Positions 1 through 9,034 of a stretch of 64,000 nucleotides of DNA are shown here, piece by piece (the first letter of the stretch is position 1; each line of letters starts with the position of its first letter). The translations under genes were made by a program, and so were the position numbers. The notes under the pieces are model-generated. The model was not told the DNA's origin. It was given only the letters and a program-made list of their open reading frames with translations, and did not search any database. Source of the stretch: Polaribacter sejongensis (GTDB taxonomy: Bacteria; Bacteroidota; Bacteroidia; Flavobacteriales; Flavobacteriaceae); assembly GCA_949545755.1 (NCBI GenBank), contig CATITK010000002.1:3516-67515 (forward strand), in the 5' to 3' direction.

Positions 1-2
1 CC

Positions 3-830
3 CTTTTATTTTTAGCAACGCTATTTATAAGTACTTCTGGCGTTTTAGGAAAATACATTGCTTTATCTCCAGAAACAATTATTTTTTGCAGAGCCAGTCT
101 TGCCGCAGTTTTCATTTATATTTTTTGTCGCATAAAAAAAATAGATTTAAAAATTAAAACCAAAAAAGATGGGATTGCTTTTGTAATAAGTGGTTTTTTC
201 ATGGCAGCTCATTGGGTAACCTATTTTTATGCTTTAAAGCTTTCTAATGTAGCAGTCGGGATGTTATCCATGTATACTTTCCCCGTGATAACTGCTTTAT
301 TAGAGCCTTTTTTCTCCAAACAGCAACGAAGTCTAATGCATGTCTTTCTTGCTTTTTTAGTTTTAATTGGGGTCTATTTCCTAGTACCCAATTTTTCTCT
401 GCAAAGCAATCTTTTAAAAGGAATTTTATTTGGCATTTTGTCTGCTTTCTGTTTTGCGTTGAGAAATCTTACGTTGAAAAAACATGTTCAGAAATACAAT
501 GGAAGTATGTTAATGCTGCACCAAATGATTATTGTAACGGTCCTATTAATGCCTGTTCTATTTTTCAGTGATTTTTCTAACTTGGAAAGTCAATTGCCTT
601 TATTAATTCTAGTCGCTTTGCTAACCACTGCAATAGGACACACCATGTTAGTGAGTTCTCTAAAACATTTTTCGGTGGCTACAGCGAGTATTATTAGTAG
701 TGTGCAGCCCATTTTTGGAATTGCAATCGCCTACTTCTTTGTCAATGAAATACCAAATTTTAGTACTTTTATTGGGGGAAGCTTAATTTTAGTAACCGTA
801 GTAATTGAAAGTATCCGAAGTGGAAAATAA
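3..830 (+). CDS. EamA/DMT family transporter (5' end outside window)
   Basis: Frame is open from base 3 (LLFLATLFISTSGVLGKYI...). Many hydrophobic helices, with DMT-like motifs (YTFPVITALLEP; SSVQPIFGIAIAYFF.NE). Confidence 0.85.
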   Translation, partial: LLFLATLFISTSGVLGKYIALSPETIIFCRASLAAVFIYIFCRIKKIDLKIKTKKDGIAFVISGFFMAAHWVTYFYALKLSNVAVGMLSMYTFPVITALLEPFFSKQQRSLMHVFLAFLVLIGVYFLVPNFSLQSNLLKGILFGILSAFCFALRNLTLKKHVQKYNGSMLMLHQMIIVTVLLMPVLFFSDFSNLESQLPLLILVALLTTAIGHTMLVSSLKHFSVATASIISSVQPIFGIAIAYFFVNEIPNFSTFIGGSLILVTVVIESIRSGK

Positions 831-900
831 TTTAAAAAAGGAAAATGAGGTAGTATAAAATTCGGAAACAAGTTCAGTACAGATAAAAACAAAACGATCT

Positions 901-1968
901 TTAAAACAAGTCTTTATTACTAATATTTAAATAATTTCGCTTTACAAAATCTAAGATTGTTTCTAGAATTTCACCCATATTTTGGCATTCTTTAAACTTA
1001 ACATCTCCTACAAATTTTATCAAATGTTTTCTTAGTAACGCTACATTTTCTGGAAAAGAAATGGTATCTGATTTCATGCACTTTATTAACCGCTTCGTCC
1101 TTCTTGGAGCTGTTATCATTCTTTTTGCCATGAAGGAACGCTCTTCTATTTTGTACTGCAAAATAGAATCGTTTTGCAATTTTTTACTGACCATCTCTAT
1201 CATGTTAAAATTCTCTTTTAGAAACTGCAAGTTGTACACTTTTAAGTTTCCTTCAAAAGATTGTTGATCAAAATCGATGGCTCTAATTTTATAAATAATA
1301 TGATCAAAATCGTGCGTGGGTGTAATTACATAATTGTAAGACCGCATGTCTCCAAGCAAACGAATAAGGCAGCGTTCTTTAAATTTTACAAATTCTTTGG
1401 CAATTTGTGATTTTTCTAATTCGGTGCATTTGGGTAGCATATCTCTAATAAAATCGTCTCCTGGAATACCTGCAATGTGCTCTTCTATTAAAGTATCTTT
1501 ATGTACCAAAAAATTCATGTTATGAGGCGACAAAATATGTTCTAATTCTAAACCATAAATGCGAGAAGCATCTGCTTTTTTTACATAAAAATAGGTGAAA
1601 TTATCATTTAAAATATTTCTAATTTTAATTCTAAAAGGCTTCGAATTTCCAAAGGTACAATAGTCAATAGCATCTACATTTAAAAATGGAATGCTATCAT
1701 CATTACCATCTGAATGCAACATGGTATATACTTTCTTTAAGCTTCTGTCAATATCTTCTCTTTCAAATTGAGAATAATAAGCTCTTACCCAAAGCGTGTC
1801 TTCATCGTTTTTATCGTAGACAACAACAGAACCTTGAAAACGCAATAGATCATCATAAAAAATAGGGATTTTTATGATCCTATTGTAGTTTTTCAAATAC
1901 GCGTTTAGCATTTCATTTACAGGAAATGTTGGCTTTTTCTTGGACATTAGTTTTCTTTCTACAGCCAT
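901..1968 (-). CDS. Conserved hypothetical protein with atypical (PI3K/PI4K/HipA-like) kinase motifs
   Basis: 355-aa ORF with, in order, NSKPFRI, FYVKK, LIEEHIAG, LLGDMRSYN (DxxxxN) and RAIDFD. The CDS is solid; the kinase function is inferred. Confidence 0.6.
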   Translation of the reverse strand: MAVERKLMSKKKPTFPVNEMLNAYLKNYNRIIKIPIFYDDLLRFQGSVVVYDKNDEDTLWVRAYYSQFEREDIDRSLKKVYTMLHSDGNDDSIPFLNVDAIDYCTFGNSKPFRIKIRNILNDNFTYFYVKKADASRIYGLELEHILSPHNMNFLVHKDTLIEEHIAGIPGDDFIRDMLPKCTELEKSQIAKEFVKFKERCLIRLLGDMRSYNYVITPTHDFDHIIYKIRAIDFDQQSFEGNLKVYNLQFLKENFNMIEMVSKKLQNDSILQYKIEERSFMAKRMITAPRRTKRLIKCMKSDTISFPENVALLRKHLIKFVGDVKFKECQNMGEILETILDFVKRNYLNISNKDLF

Positions 1969-2002
1969 CGTCTATGTTGAATTTCTTCAAAAATAAGGAT
2001 TA

Positions 2003-3103
2003 TTAAGCAAGTTCAAACATCTTTCCTGGCAAAGGTTTTAAGATTCCTCTTAATTCCATTTGTAGCAAAAGTGCGGATAATTGATAAATAGGGATAGTAC
2101 ATTCTAAAGAAATAACATCTAACAATTGCGCTCCTTTTTTATGCAATAAATCGTAAATTTTTTGTTCTACTTCGTTTAATTCTATAAACAATTCTCTTTG
2201 GATTGGTTTGGGCTTTTCTTGCACATCCCAATTTAACATTTTTACAACATCTGATGCTGAACTCAGTAAATGTGCTTTGTTGTTTTTTATTAAACTCGTA
2301 CAACCTCTGCTATAAATATCTGTCGTTCTTCCTGGAACGGCAAAGACATCTCTGTCGTAAGAATTGGCAATATCTGCGGTTACCAAAGAACCTCCTTTGG
2401 AGGCCGATTCTATAATAATTGTTGCCTTAGAAATACCTGCAACGATTCTATTTCGTCTTAAAAAATTTTCTCTTAACGGCGCGTCTTCATGCCAAAATTC
2501 CGTTAAAAACCCACCATTTTCATTTACTTGATGAATATATTTTTTATGTACCTTTGGATAAATTTCCTCTAAACCATGAGCTAAGACCGCAATCGTTTGT
2601 AGGTTGTTTTCTATCGCAGCCTTGTGCGCACAGATATCTACACCGTAAGCAAAACCACTTACAATGATCGGGTTGTATGCTGAAATTTCTTTTACAAATT
2701 GATTGCAAAAATCCCGCCCATATGAACTCATATTTCTAGTACCCACAATAGAAATAATTTTAGGATTCGAAAAATCTAGGTTTCCATCTTTAAATAACAA
2801 AATAGGACTATCAATACAATGTTGAAGATTTGTTGGATATTCATCCTCTAAAAAATAAGAATAAGAAATCTTATTTTTCTGAATATAGGCAAATTCTTTT
2901 GCGGCTAAGGCGATGTTTTTAGGATCAAAAAGATGCTTTAAAACATGACTTCCTATGCCGTTTATTTTTGATAATAAAGCCGCCTTTTCTTTAAAAACTT
3001 GAGCAACATCCCCCACGTTTACAATGAGTTTTTTGGCTAAAATATCGCCAATAGCTTTGCATTTTTGTAAACGCAAAACTGCCAATAATTTTTCTTCTTC
3101 CAA
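2003..3103 (-). CDS. dprA: DNA-processing protein DprA
   Basis: IVGTR, VSGFAYGVD, FLRRNRIVAG, GGSLVTA and VFAVPG motifs plus a C-terminal winged helix (LLQMELRG...LPG). Probable TTG start at 3103; the track start at 3160 looks over-extended. Confidence 0.95.
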   Translation of the reverse strand: MEEEKLLAVLRLQKCKAIGDILAKKLIVNVGDVAQVFKEKAALLSKINGIGSHVLKHLFDPKNIALAAKEFAYIQKNKISYSYFLEDEYPTNLQHCIDSPILLFKDGNLDFSNPKIISIVGTRNMSSYGRDFCNQFVKEISAYNPIIVSGFAYGVDICAHKAAIENNLQTIAVLAHGLEEIYPKVHKKYIHQVNENGGFLTEFWHEDAPLRENFLRRNRIVAGISKATIIIESASKGGSLVTADIANSYDRDVFAVPGRTTDIYSRGCTSLIKNNKAHLLSSASDVVKMLNWDVQEKPKPIQRELFIELNEVEQKIYDLLHKKGAQLLDVISLECTIPIYQLSALLLQMELRGILKPLPGKMFELA

Positions 3104-3186
3104 TTTCCTAACAATTTGAATACCAATATATAAAATAATTGTTAATAAAAAACAGGACAAAGTGTTTCACAAAACAGCAAAATTTT

Positions 3187-3194
3187 TATATTTG
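3187..3194 (+). promoter_or_regulatory. Bacteroidota sigma-A -7 box TATATTTG
   Basis: Matches TAnnTTTG, 5 nt upstream of the ATG at 3200. Confidence 0.6.
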
Positions 3195-3199
3195 TTAGG

Positions 3200-4105
3200 A
3201 TGACATTAGCTATTTACATTAACGATTTATTATACAGATATGATTGTGTAATTGTTCCAGATTTTGGAGGATTTGTAACCAATAGAATAGGTGCAAAAAT
3301 GAAAAATCATATTTTCACTCCACCAACAAAACAGATTACGTTTAACAGCCTGTTAAAGCATAATGATGGTTTATTAGCGAATTATATCGCTTCTTCAGAG
3401 AACATTTCTTTTGAGAAAGCAAATACCGTTATTTCTCTCGCTGTAATTAAGTGGCAAAATGAATTGCAAACCAAAGCTGTTATTATAGAAAACGTAGGAA
3501 ATTTATCTTTAAGCGAAGGGAAGAAAATAATTTTTGAACCAATCGTTACTGTTAATTATCTAACAGAATCTTTCGGACTGGCAACTATAGAAACTTCTGC
3601 TATTCTTAGACTTAAAGAACAAGCAAAGCCTTTGGCACCTGTTCTTATCCAAAGCGAGAAAAAAGGAGTTGCTACCTTTATTAAATACGCTGCTACTGTG
3701 GCCATTTTATTAACATTAGGATATACAGGTTATAATGGACATCAAAATGAGCAGCAAAACAAGGTGGTTGCAAATCAACAAATAGCGATTCAAAAAAAGA
3801 TACAAGCAGCAACTTTTGTCATTTCAAATCCATTACCTACAATTAATTTAAATGTTGTTAGAGAGTTTTCCAAACCTTTTCATGTGGTTGCAGGTGCTTT
3901 TCAGTTTGTCGAAAATGCAGAAAGAAAAGTAAAACTCCTAAGAGCAAAAGGATTTGATGCTAAAATAATTGGCGTAAACGAATGGGGACTTACCCAAGTT
4001 ACCTTCAATAGTTTTGCAAGCCGTAATGAAGCAACAAATCATCTTTACAAAATTCAAAAAACAATTTCAAGTGACGCTTGGTTGTTGATTAGAACTTTAA
4101 AATAA
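3200..4105 (+). CDS. HU/CCDC81-like domain plus SPOR domain protein
   Basis: N-terminal LLYRYDCVIVPDFGGF...FN..LKHNDGLLA, one TM helix, and a C-terminal SPOR-like FHVVAGAF...NAER...AWLL. Confidence 0.8.
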   Translation: MTLAIYINDLLYRYDCVIVPDFGGFVTNRIGAKMKNHIFTPPTKQITFNSLLKHNDGLLANYIASSENISFEKANTVISLAVIKWQNELQTKAVIIENVGNLSLSEGKKIIFEPIVTVNYLTESFGLATIETSAILRLKEQAKPLAPVLIQSEKKGVATFIKYAATVAILLTLGYTGYNGHQNEQQNKVVANQQIAIQKKIQAATFVISNPLPTINLNVVREFSKPFHVVAGAFQFVENAERKVKLLRAKGFDAKIIGVNEWGLTQVTFNSFASRNEATNHLYKIQKTISSDAWLLIRTLK

Positions 4106-4156
4106 TTCGAAATCTTCTTCTTTATTTTTAAAACTAACTTTTAAATAAGTGATTGC

Positions 4157-4164
4157 TATCTTTG
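4157..4164 (+). promoter_or_regulatory. Bacteroidota -7 box TATCTTTG
   Basis: TAnnTTTG 10 nt upstream of the ATG at 4175. Confidence 0.6.
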
Positions 4165-4174
4165 TAAAAAAAGT

Positions 4175-4684
4175 ATGGAAGCAAAAACACCAAAAGAATC
4201 TTTAACAGTACTTACCGATTTGGTATTACCGGGTGATACCAATTATTTAGACAACCTTTTTGGCGGTGAGTTGTTAGCAAGAATGGATCGAGCTTGCAGT
4301 ATTGCCGCTAGAAGACATTCTAGAGGCATCGTTGTTACTGCCTCTGTAAACCATGTTGCTTTCAACAAAGCAGTACCTATGGGAAGTGTGGTAACGATAG
4401 AAGCCAAAGTTTCTAGGGCTTTTAAATCTTCTATGGAAATCTATGTAGATGTTTGGATCGAAGACAGACAGTCTCGATCAAGAACAAAAGTAAATGAAGG
4501 CATTTACACTTTTGTTGCAGTAGATGAAATAGGAAGACCGGTTATAGTTCCCCAAATTACACCAGAAACAGACTTAGAAAAAGAACGTTTTGAAGGGGCT
4601 CTTAGACGCAAACAATTGAGTTTGGTACTTGCAGGGAAATTAAAACCAACTGAAGCTACTGCCCTAAAAGCATTGTTCAATTAA
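4175..4684 (+). CDS. Acyl-CoA thioesterase (hotdog fold, YciA-like)
   Basis: VLPGDTNYLDNLFGGELLARMD, VVTASV and YTFVAVD motifs. Confidence 0.9.
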   Translation: MEAKTPKESLTVLTDLVLPGDTNYLDNLFGGELLARMDRACSIAARRHSRGIVVTASVNHVAFNKAVPMGSVVTIEAKVSRAFKSSMEIYVDVWIEDRQSRSRTKVNEGIYTFVAVDEIGRPVIVPQITPETDLEKERFEGALRRKQLSLVLAGKLKPTEATALKALFN

Positions 4685-4795
4685 ATTGTTTTAGTTGATG
4701 ATCACATCAATAGTTACCATCTGTAAAATTACTTTTTTGAATTCGGCCTAAATAATCTGATTGCTCTTAAATTACGACCTAAAATAATTTTTTCT

Positions 4796-6031
4796 CTATC
4801 TTTTTAAAATCCAAGAAGACGGATTTAAACGTGTCGTGTTTTTAAACAGCACAAAAATTAACTTGGTTTTTTTAGAAACTTTGTCTGTAAAAATCTGACC
4901 AATTCTTTGTCCTGTTTTAATTTTATCTCCTTTTTTAACATAGGTTTTTTCTAAGTTATTATAAGAAGAAATATAATTCCCGTGTTGAATTAACACATTT
5001 TTTCTACCTTCAGAACTCACTAAAACATTTAGCACTTCCCCATTAAAAATAGCTTCCGCATAATTTCCTTGTCGTGTAACAATATGCAAACCTGTTCCAT
5101 TTATTGTAATTCCTGGAAATGATGGGTGTGGCTGGTTTCCAAACTTTCTAACAACAATACCCTGATCTACAGGCCAAGGCAAAAACCCTTTATTAAGCTC
5201 AAATTTTGCAGCTAGAGCTTTCGCCTCGGGACTTAAAATAAAGACGTTCTTCTCAACTAGTTTTGAGTTGTTTTTTTGTTTTGATTTTGCAATTCTATTT
5301 GCTCTTGCAATTTCTTCACGAATCTTTCGATCAATTTTAGCTACGATCCTTTTCTCTTCTCTAATTTTATTTTGAAGTTCCTTTTTATACGTACTCTCTT
5401 TTTCCTTAATCGCTGTTATTAACTTTTCTTGCTCCTGTTTATCAACCTCTATTTGATCTTTTTGTCTTTTTTGAAAAACAATTAGGGTATCTTTTAAGGT
5501 CTTTTGAAAAACTAAAGAATCATTCAACAGCTGAACTTGATTCGTTTGAACCACAATATCTTCTCCTTGATTTTTTCTAAAAGAAGTATATTGTTTCATG
5601 TACTCCATCCTTTTGTATGCTTGGTAGAAGTTTTTTGATGAAAGTAAAAACAGGGTTCTACTTTGTTGCGATTTACTTTTGTAAGATTTAAAAATCATCG
5701 CCGCGTAATCCTCTTTTAGGTCAGCTAACTTTTTATTTAAGTTTTCAAGTTCCACTTGACTAACCTGTATTTCTTTAGATAAAATAGCGGCTTCAGAATT
5801 TATAGTCGCAATTAATAGCGTTCTCACTTCTATTTTTTTTTGAATATCTTTTAAATCTTCTAAGGCATTTTTTCCTTTCTTTTTTTCATTAAAAAGCAGA
5901 TTGTTTACCTGTTTAATTTCTTTATTCAGCTTTTTGCGTTGTACTTCTAATTGTTTTCTAGTTTGTCCAAATACAGAAAAAACACTTAAGCAAAAAATTA
6001 AAATTAGGGTATATCTTTTTTTGTTTTTCAC
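4796..6031 (-). CDS. Murein hydrolase activator EnvC family (coiled coil plus degenerate M23 domain)
   Basis: Signal peptide, long coiled coil and LPWPV. The M23 Zn-ligand positions are degenerate (GTGLHI, YNNL), as in EnvC. Confidence 0.85.
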   Translation of the reverse strand: MKNKKRYTLILIFCLSVFSVFGQTRKQLEVQRKKLNKEIKQVNNLLFNEKKKGKNALEDLKDIQKKIEVRTLLIATINSEAAILSKEIQVSQVELENLNKKLADLKEDYAAMIFKSYKSKSQQSRTLFLLSSKNFYQAYKRMEYMKQYTSFRKNQGEDIVVQTNQVQLLNDSLVFQKTLKDTLIVFQKRQKDQIEVDKQEQEKLITAIKEKESTYKKELQNKIREEKRIVAKIDRKIREEIARANRIAKSKQKNNSKLVEKNVFILSPEAKALAAKFELNKGFLPWPVDQGIVVRKFGNQPHPSFPGITINGTGLHIVTRQGNYAEAIFNGEVLNVLVSSEGRKNVLIQHGNYISSYNNLEKTYVKKGDKIKTGQRIGQIFTDKVSKKTKLIFVLFKNTTRLNPSSWILKR

Positions 6032-6801
6032 TATAATTTAATTTGTTTGTAGCCTTTAGGAATTGAAAAAGAAACATCAACATCAGTATTAAACTGAACA
6101 GATTTTATTATAAAATCTATATTAGTAAACGCATCAGGTTGTTTTGCTTTTATTTGAATTTCCGTTGGAAAAACGGCATCGTTAACCAAAGTATATGAAG
6201 GATACGAAATATCTAATCGTTGGTTTTTTGAAGTGTGAACAATAGCTTGTTTGTCTAACTTAAAATGAGAAGGATTTACGGAAAAGAAAACATCATACAG
6301 AATTGCCTGACTTTTTGGAGATAGAACATACGCGTTATCAGTAATTACAACATGCTGTTTTTGCTTCTTAACATTCATCAGAGATTGCCCCAATAATAAA
6401 TTTTGGAGTTGTTGAAAGTTAATATCAGCGCCTAGTAGTTTCTTTAACATTGAAAAATCACCTTCAAAATAATTTTTAGCATAAGGGGAATAATAACGAA
6501 TAGAGGTCGGTGTAATTTTTGCTTTAAATACGGTGATAAATTTAGTTCCTTTCAACCAAATAACTTCATCTTTTATTATTTTTAAACTAACAGAAAAACT
6601 TTGATTTAATTTTCCATTATTAAAATTGGCTTTCAACTTAGCCAGTACTGATTTTTCAGCAAAATTGGAAGCAACATGCTTTCTTGCTACTTTTTTGGCC
6701 GAGATTTTTTCGGCAACAATCGTTGTACTAATTAAATTACTTTTTGTTTTACAAGAAGTAAACACAAATACAAAAACTAGCAAACATTTTACAAAATTCA
6801 T
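6031..6801 (-). CDS. DUF4292 family lipoprotein
   Basis: Lipobox FTSC, YFEGDFS.L...LG...FQQLQNLLLG, C-terminal FSIPKGYKQI, and the usual position beside envC. Confidence 0.8.
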   Translation of the reverse strand: MNFVKCLLVFVFVFTSCKTKSNLISTTIVAEKISAKKVARKHVASNFAEKSVLAKLKANFNNGKLNQSFSVSLKIIKDEVIWLKGTKFITVFKAKITPTSIRYYSPYAKNYFEGDFSMLKKLLGADINFQQLQNLLLGQSLMNVKKQKQHVVITDNAYVLSPKSQAILYDVFFSVNPSHFKLDKQAIVHTSKNQRLDISYPSYTLVNDAVFPTEIQIKAKQPDAFTNIDFIIKSVQFNTDVDVSFSIPKGYKQIKL

Positions 6802-7784
6802 TCTTTATTTTTTATTTTCTCTAATTTTTCAAGATACGTTTTTGCCTCTTTTAAACGTCCTAAACCTTTATATGCTGTTGCCATTTCATTGTAAAAATTT
6901 GCTTCCATTTGATCATCTATCACAAAATCAACACCATTCTGTAAGGTCAATAACGCTTTTTCATGTTTTTTCTGAGCATTCAATGTCTTCCCTTTCATTA
7001 AGTATATAAAAGGTTGTGCAGGGAAAAGCGCAATTCCTTCATCAGCATATTGTAAAAGTACTTCCCAATTACTTTCAGAAAGTATTAAAATTTGTTTTAA
7101 AACAGCATAAGACTTTTCATTTTTAAACTGCTCTTTTAAAGAAACAGGTTCTTTTTTTATGACCTCAATGCCAGGCGCCTCTTTTCTTTTTTCTAAATGC
7201 GCTTTTAACTTTTTAAGCTGTGCTGACAGGGTATTATGCTGCTCAATAACCTGTATTAAAGAAATTGCTTTTTTATAATTTTTATTTTGAAAATACAAAT
7301 TTACAAGATTTTCTCTTTCTTTTAGATTGAATGCAACAACTTTCTGCTGAATAGAAATTGCTTCAGAAAAACGACGTTCCTGGATATGAATTTCAACCAA
7401 ATGTTTTAACATCCAAATATTAGCTGGCTCTTGTAATAAAGCCCTATCAATGTATTCTTTTGCAAGTTGCGTTTTTTGAAGTAATAAATAATTTTTTGAA
7501 AACTCGAAGAAAACAGCAACATTGTTCGTTAAAATTTGATGGCAACTTTCTAAATTTTCAATTGCTTTTTGAAAATTACCTATTGATTTCTCAGACAACG
7601 CTTTAAAGAAAAATTGTTGAAAATTTAACTCTTTTTCTTCTGTTGAATCTTTTGCGATTGGGATGCTATCTTGAGAAAATGCCTGTAAAGAAAAAAACGC
7701 AAAGCAAAAAGAAAAGAGGACCAATTTATAAGTATAAAATCTTCTCTTCCTTCTAAATTCTGCTGTATTAATACTCTTTATCAT
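6798..7784 (-). CDS. Tetratricopeptide repeat protein
   Basis: Helical TPR-like repeats after a hydrophobic N-terminal segment; overlaps the DUF4292 gene. Confidence 0.75.
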   Translation of the reverse strand: MIKSINTAEFRRKRRFYTYKLVLFSFCFAFFSLQAFSQDSIPIAKDSTEEKELNFQQFFFKALSEKSIGNFQKAIENLESCHQILTNNVAVFFEFSKNYLLLQKTQLAKEYIDRALLQEPANIWMLKHLVEIHIQERRFSEAISIQQKVVAFNLKERENLVNLYFQNKNYKKAISLIQVIEQHNTLSAQLKKLKAHLEKRKEAPGIEVIKKEPVSLKEQFKNEKSYAVLKQILILSESNWEVLLQYADEGIALFPAQPFIYLMKGKTLNAQKKHEKALLTLQNGVDFVIDDQMEANFYNEMATAYKGLGRLKEAKTYLEKLEKIKNKE

Positions 7785-8801
7785 TTATATTAATTCGCTA
7801 TAATCTCCGATACTTACAGAAGTATATTTACCGTCGTATTTTGCATGATTTCCAATCATAGCATTCTCTAGGTTCGCATTTGAAATTACGACATTCGATT
7901 GAATTAACGAGTTCACAATCGTTGTGTTTTCTAGAATACTATTTGCCCCAATAGAAACAAAAGGTCCAATTTTTGAGTTTTTTAGCACGACATTTTCGCC
8001 GATAAAACAAGGTTGAATAATTTCTGAATTTTCTAAAACCACCGCTTTAGAAACGAGATCATTTCCTGCTTCGTATTCGAAACCTAAGACTAGTTTGTTG
8101 GTAGCAACCGTTGGGTCTTTCTTACCACAATCCATCCAAGAGCTAACAGTTCCAGGAATAAATTTTGCGCCTTGTTGTTTTAAGGATTCTAACACATTGG
8201 TTAATTGATACTCATTGTTTTCCCTTAAATCATTGTCAATTAAATATTGGATTTCTGCTAATAACTTAGCGCCACTTTTAAAGTAATAGATTCCAATAAT
8301 AGCTAAATCAGAAACAAATTCTTTTGGTTTCTCTATGAAATCAGTGATAAAACCACCCTGTAGTTTTACAACACCAAAAGCACTTGGGTTTTCAACTTGA
8401 CTTACCCAAATTGCACCATCTGCATTTACGTCTAATGTAAAATCTGCCTTAAATAAAGTATCTGCATAAGCGACGACACATGGCCCACTTAAAGATTCTT
8501 TTGCACAATAAATGGCATGAGCCGTTCCTAAGGCTTCTTCTTGCACATACACAGCTCCTTTTGCACCTAAATCTTTCGCAATTTTTAATAATTGTTCTGT
8601 AGTGTCTACTGGAAATCCTTTTGCTATCGTACCAATCACAAAGGCTATTTCTTCAATTTCCTCATCAATCACAGCAGCAATGTCTTCTACCAAGCGTTGC
8701 ACAATAGGCTTTCCTGCAATAACGGTTAGCGGTTTTGGAACGGTTAATGTATGCGGTCTTAAACGAGACCCAATTCCTGCCATTGGCACTATTATTTTCA
8801 T
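7785..8801 (-). CDS. Sugar-phosphate nucleotidyltransferase
   Basis: MAGIGSRLRPHTLTVPKPL, Q.EALGTAHA and EKP motifs, with a C-terminal hexapeptide repeat region. Confidence 0.9.
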   Translation of the reverse strand: MKIIVPMAGIGSRLRPHTLTVPKPLTVIAGKPIVQRLVEDIAAVIDEEIEEIAFVIGTIAKGFPVDTTEQLLKIAKDLGAKGAVYVQEEALGTAHAIYCAKESLSGPCVVAYADTLFKADFTLDVNADGAIWVSQVENPSAFGVVKLQGGFITDFIEKPKEFVSDLAIIGIYYFKSGAKLLAEIQYLIDNDLRENNEYQLTNVLESLKQQGAKFIPGTVSSWMDCGKKDPTVATNKLVLGFEYEAGNDLVSKAVVLENSEIIQPCFIGENVVLKNSKIGPFVSIGANSILENTTIVNSLIQSNVVISNANLENAMIGNHAKYDGKYTSVSIGDYSELI

Positions 8802-8972
8802 ATATTTATTTTATAATGATAGGTCCGCAATATACTACTAATTAAAAGATTTTAAAAATTAGCGCGATGGATATCTCACTATTTTTAAGAAGCGAGGAGT
8901 GCTTTAATTTCCTTTATTATAACAAGATTCAATCTAGACTTTTATAAGAAATACTACTAAAAAATTAAATGC

Positions 8973-9008
8973 AACAAAAAACCCAAGTTAACGCTTGGGT
9001 TTTTTGTT
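8973..9008. terminator. Strong intrinsic-terminator-like hairpin
   Basis: AACAAAAAACCCAAG-ttaacg-CTTGGGTTTTTTGTT, a 15-bp inverted repeat with A and T tracts. Confidence 0.6.
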
Positions 9009-9034
9009 TCTTTGCAAAAATTAAATTTATTTCT

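Noticed and set aside
8867-8947. 26-codon uORF (MDISLFLRSEECFNFLYYNKIQSRLL) before the ABC-F hairpin
   Set aside because: No clear upstream promoter or distinctive codon pattern; an ORF of this length is expected by chance.
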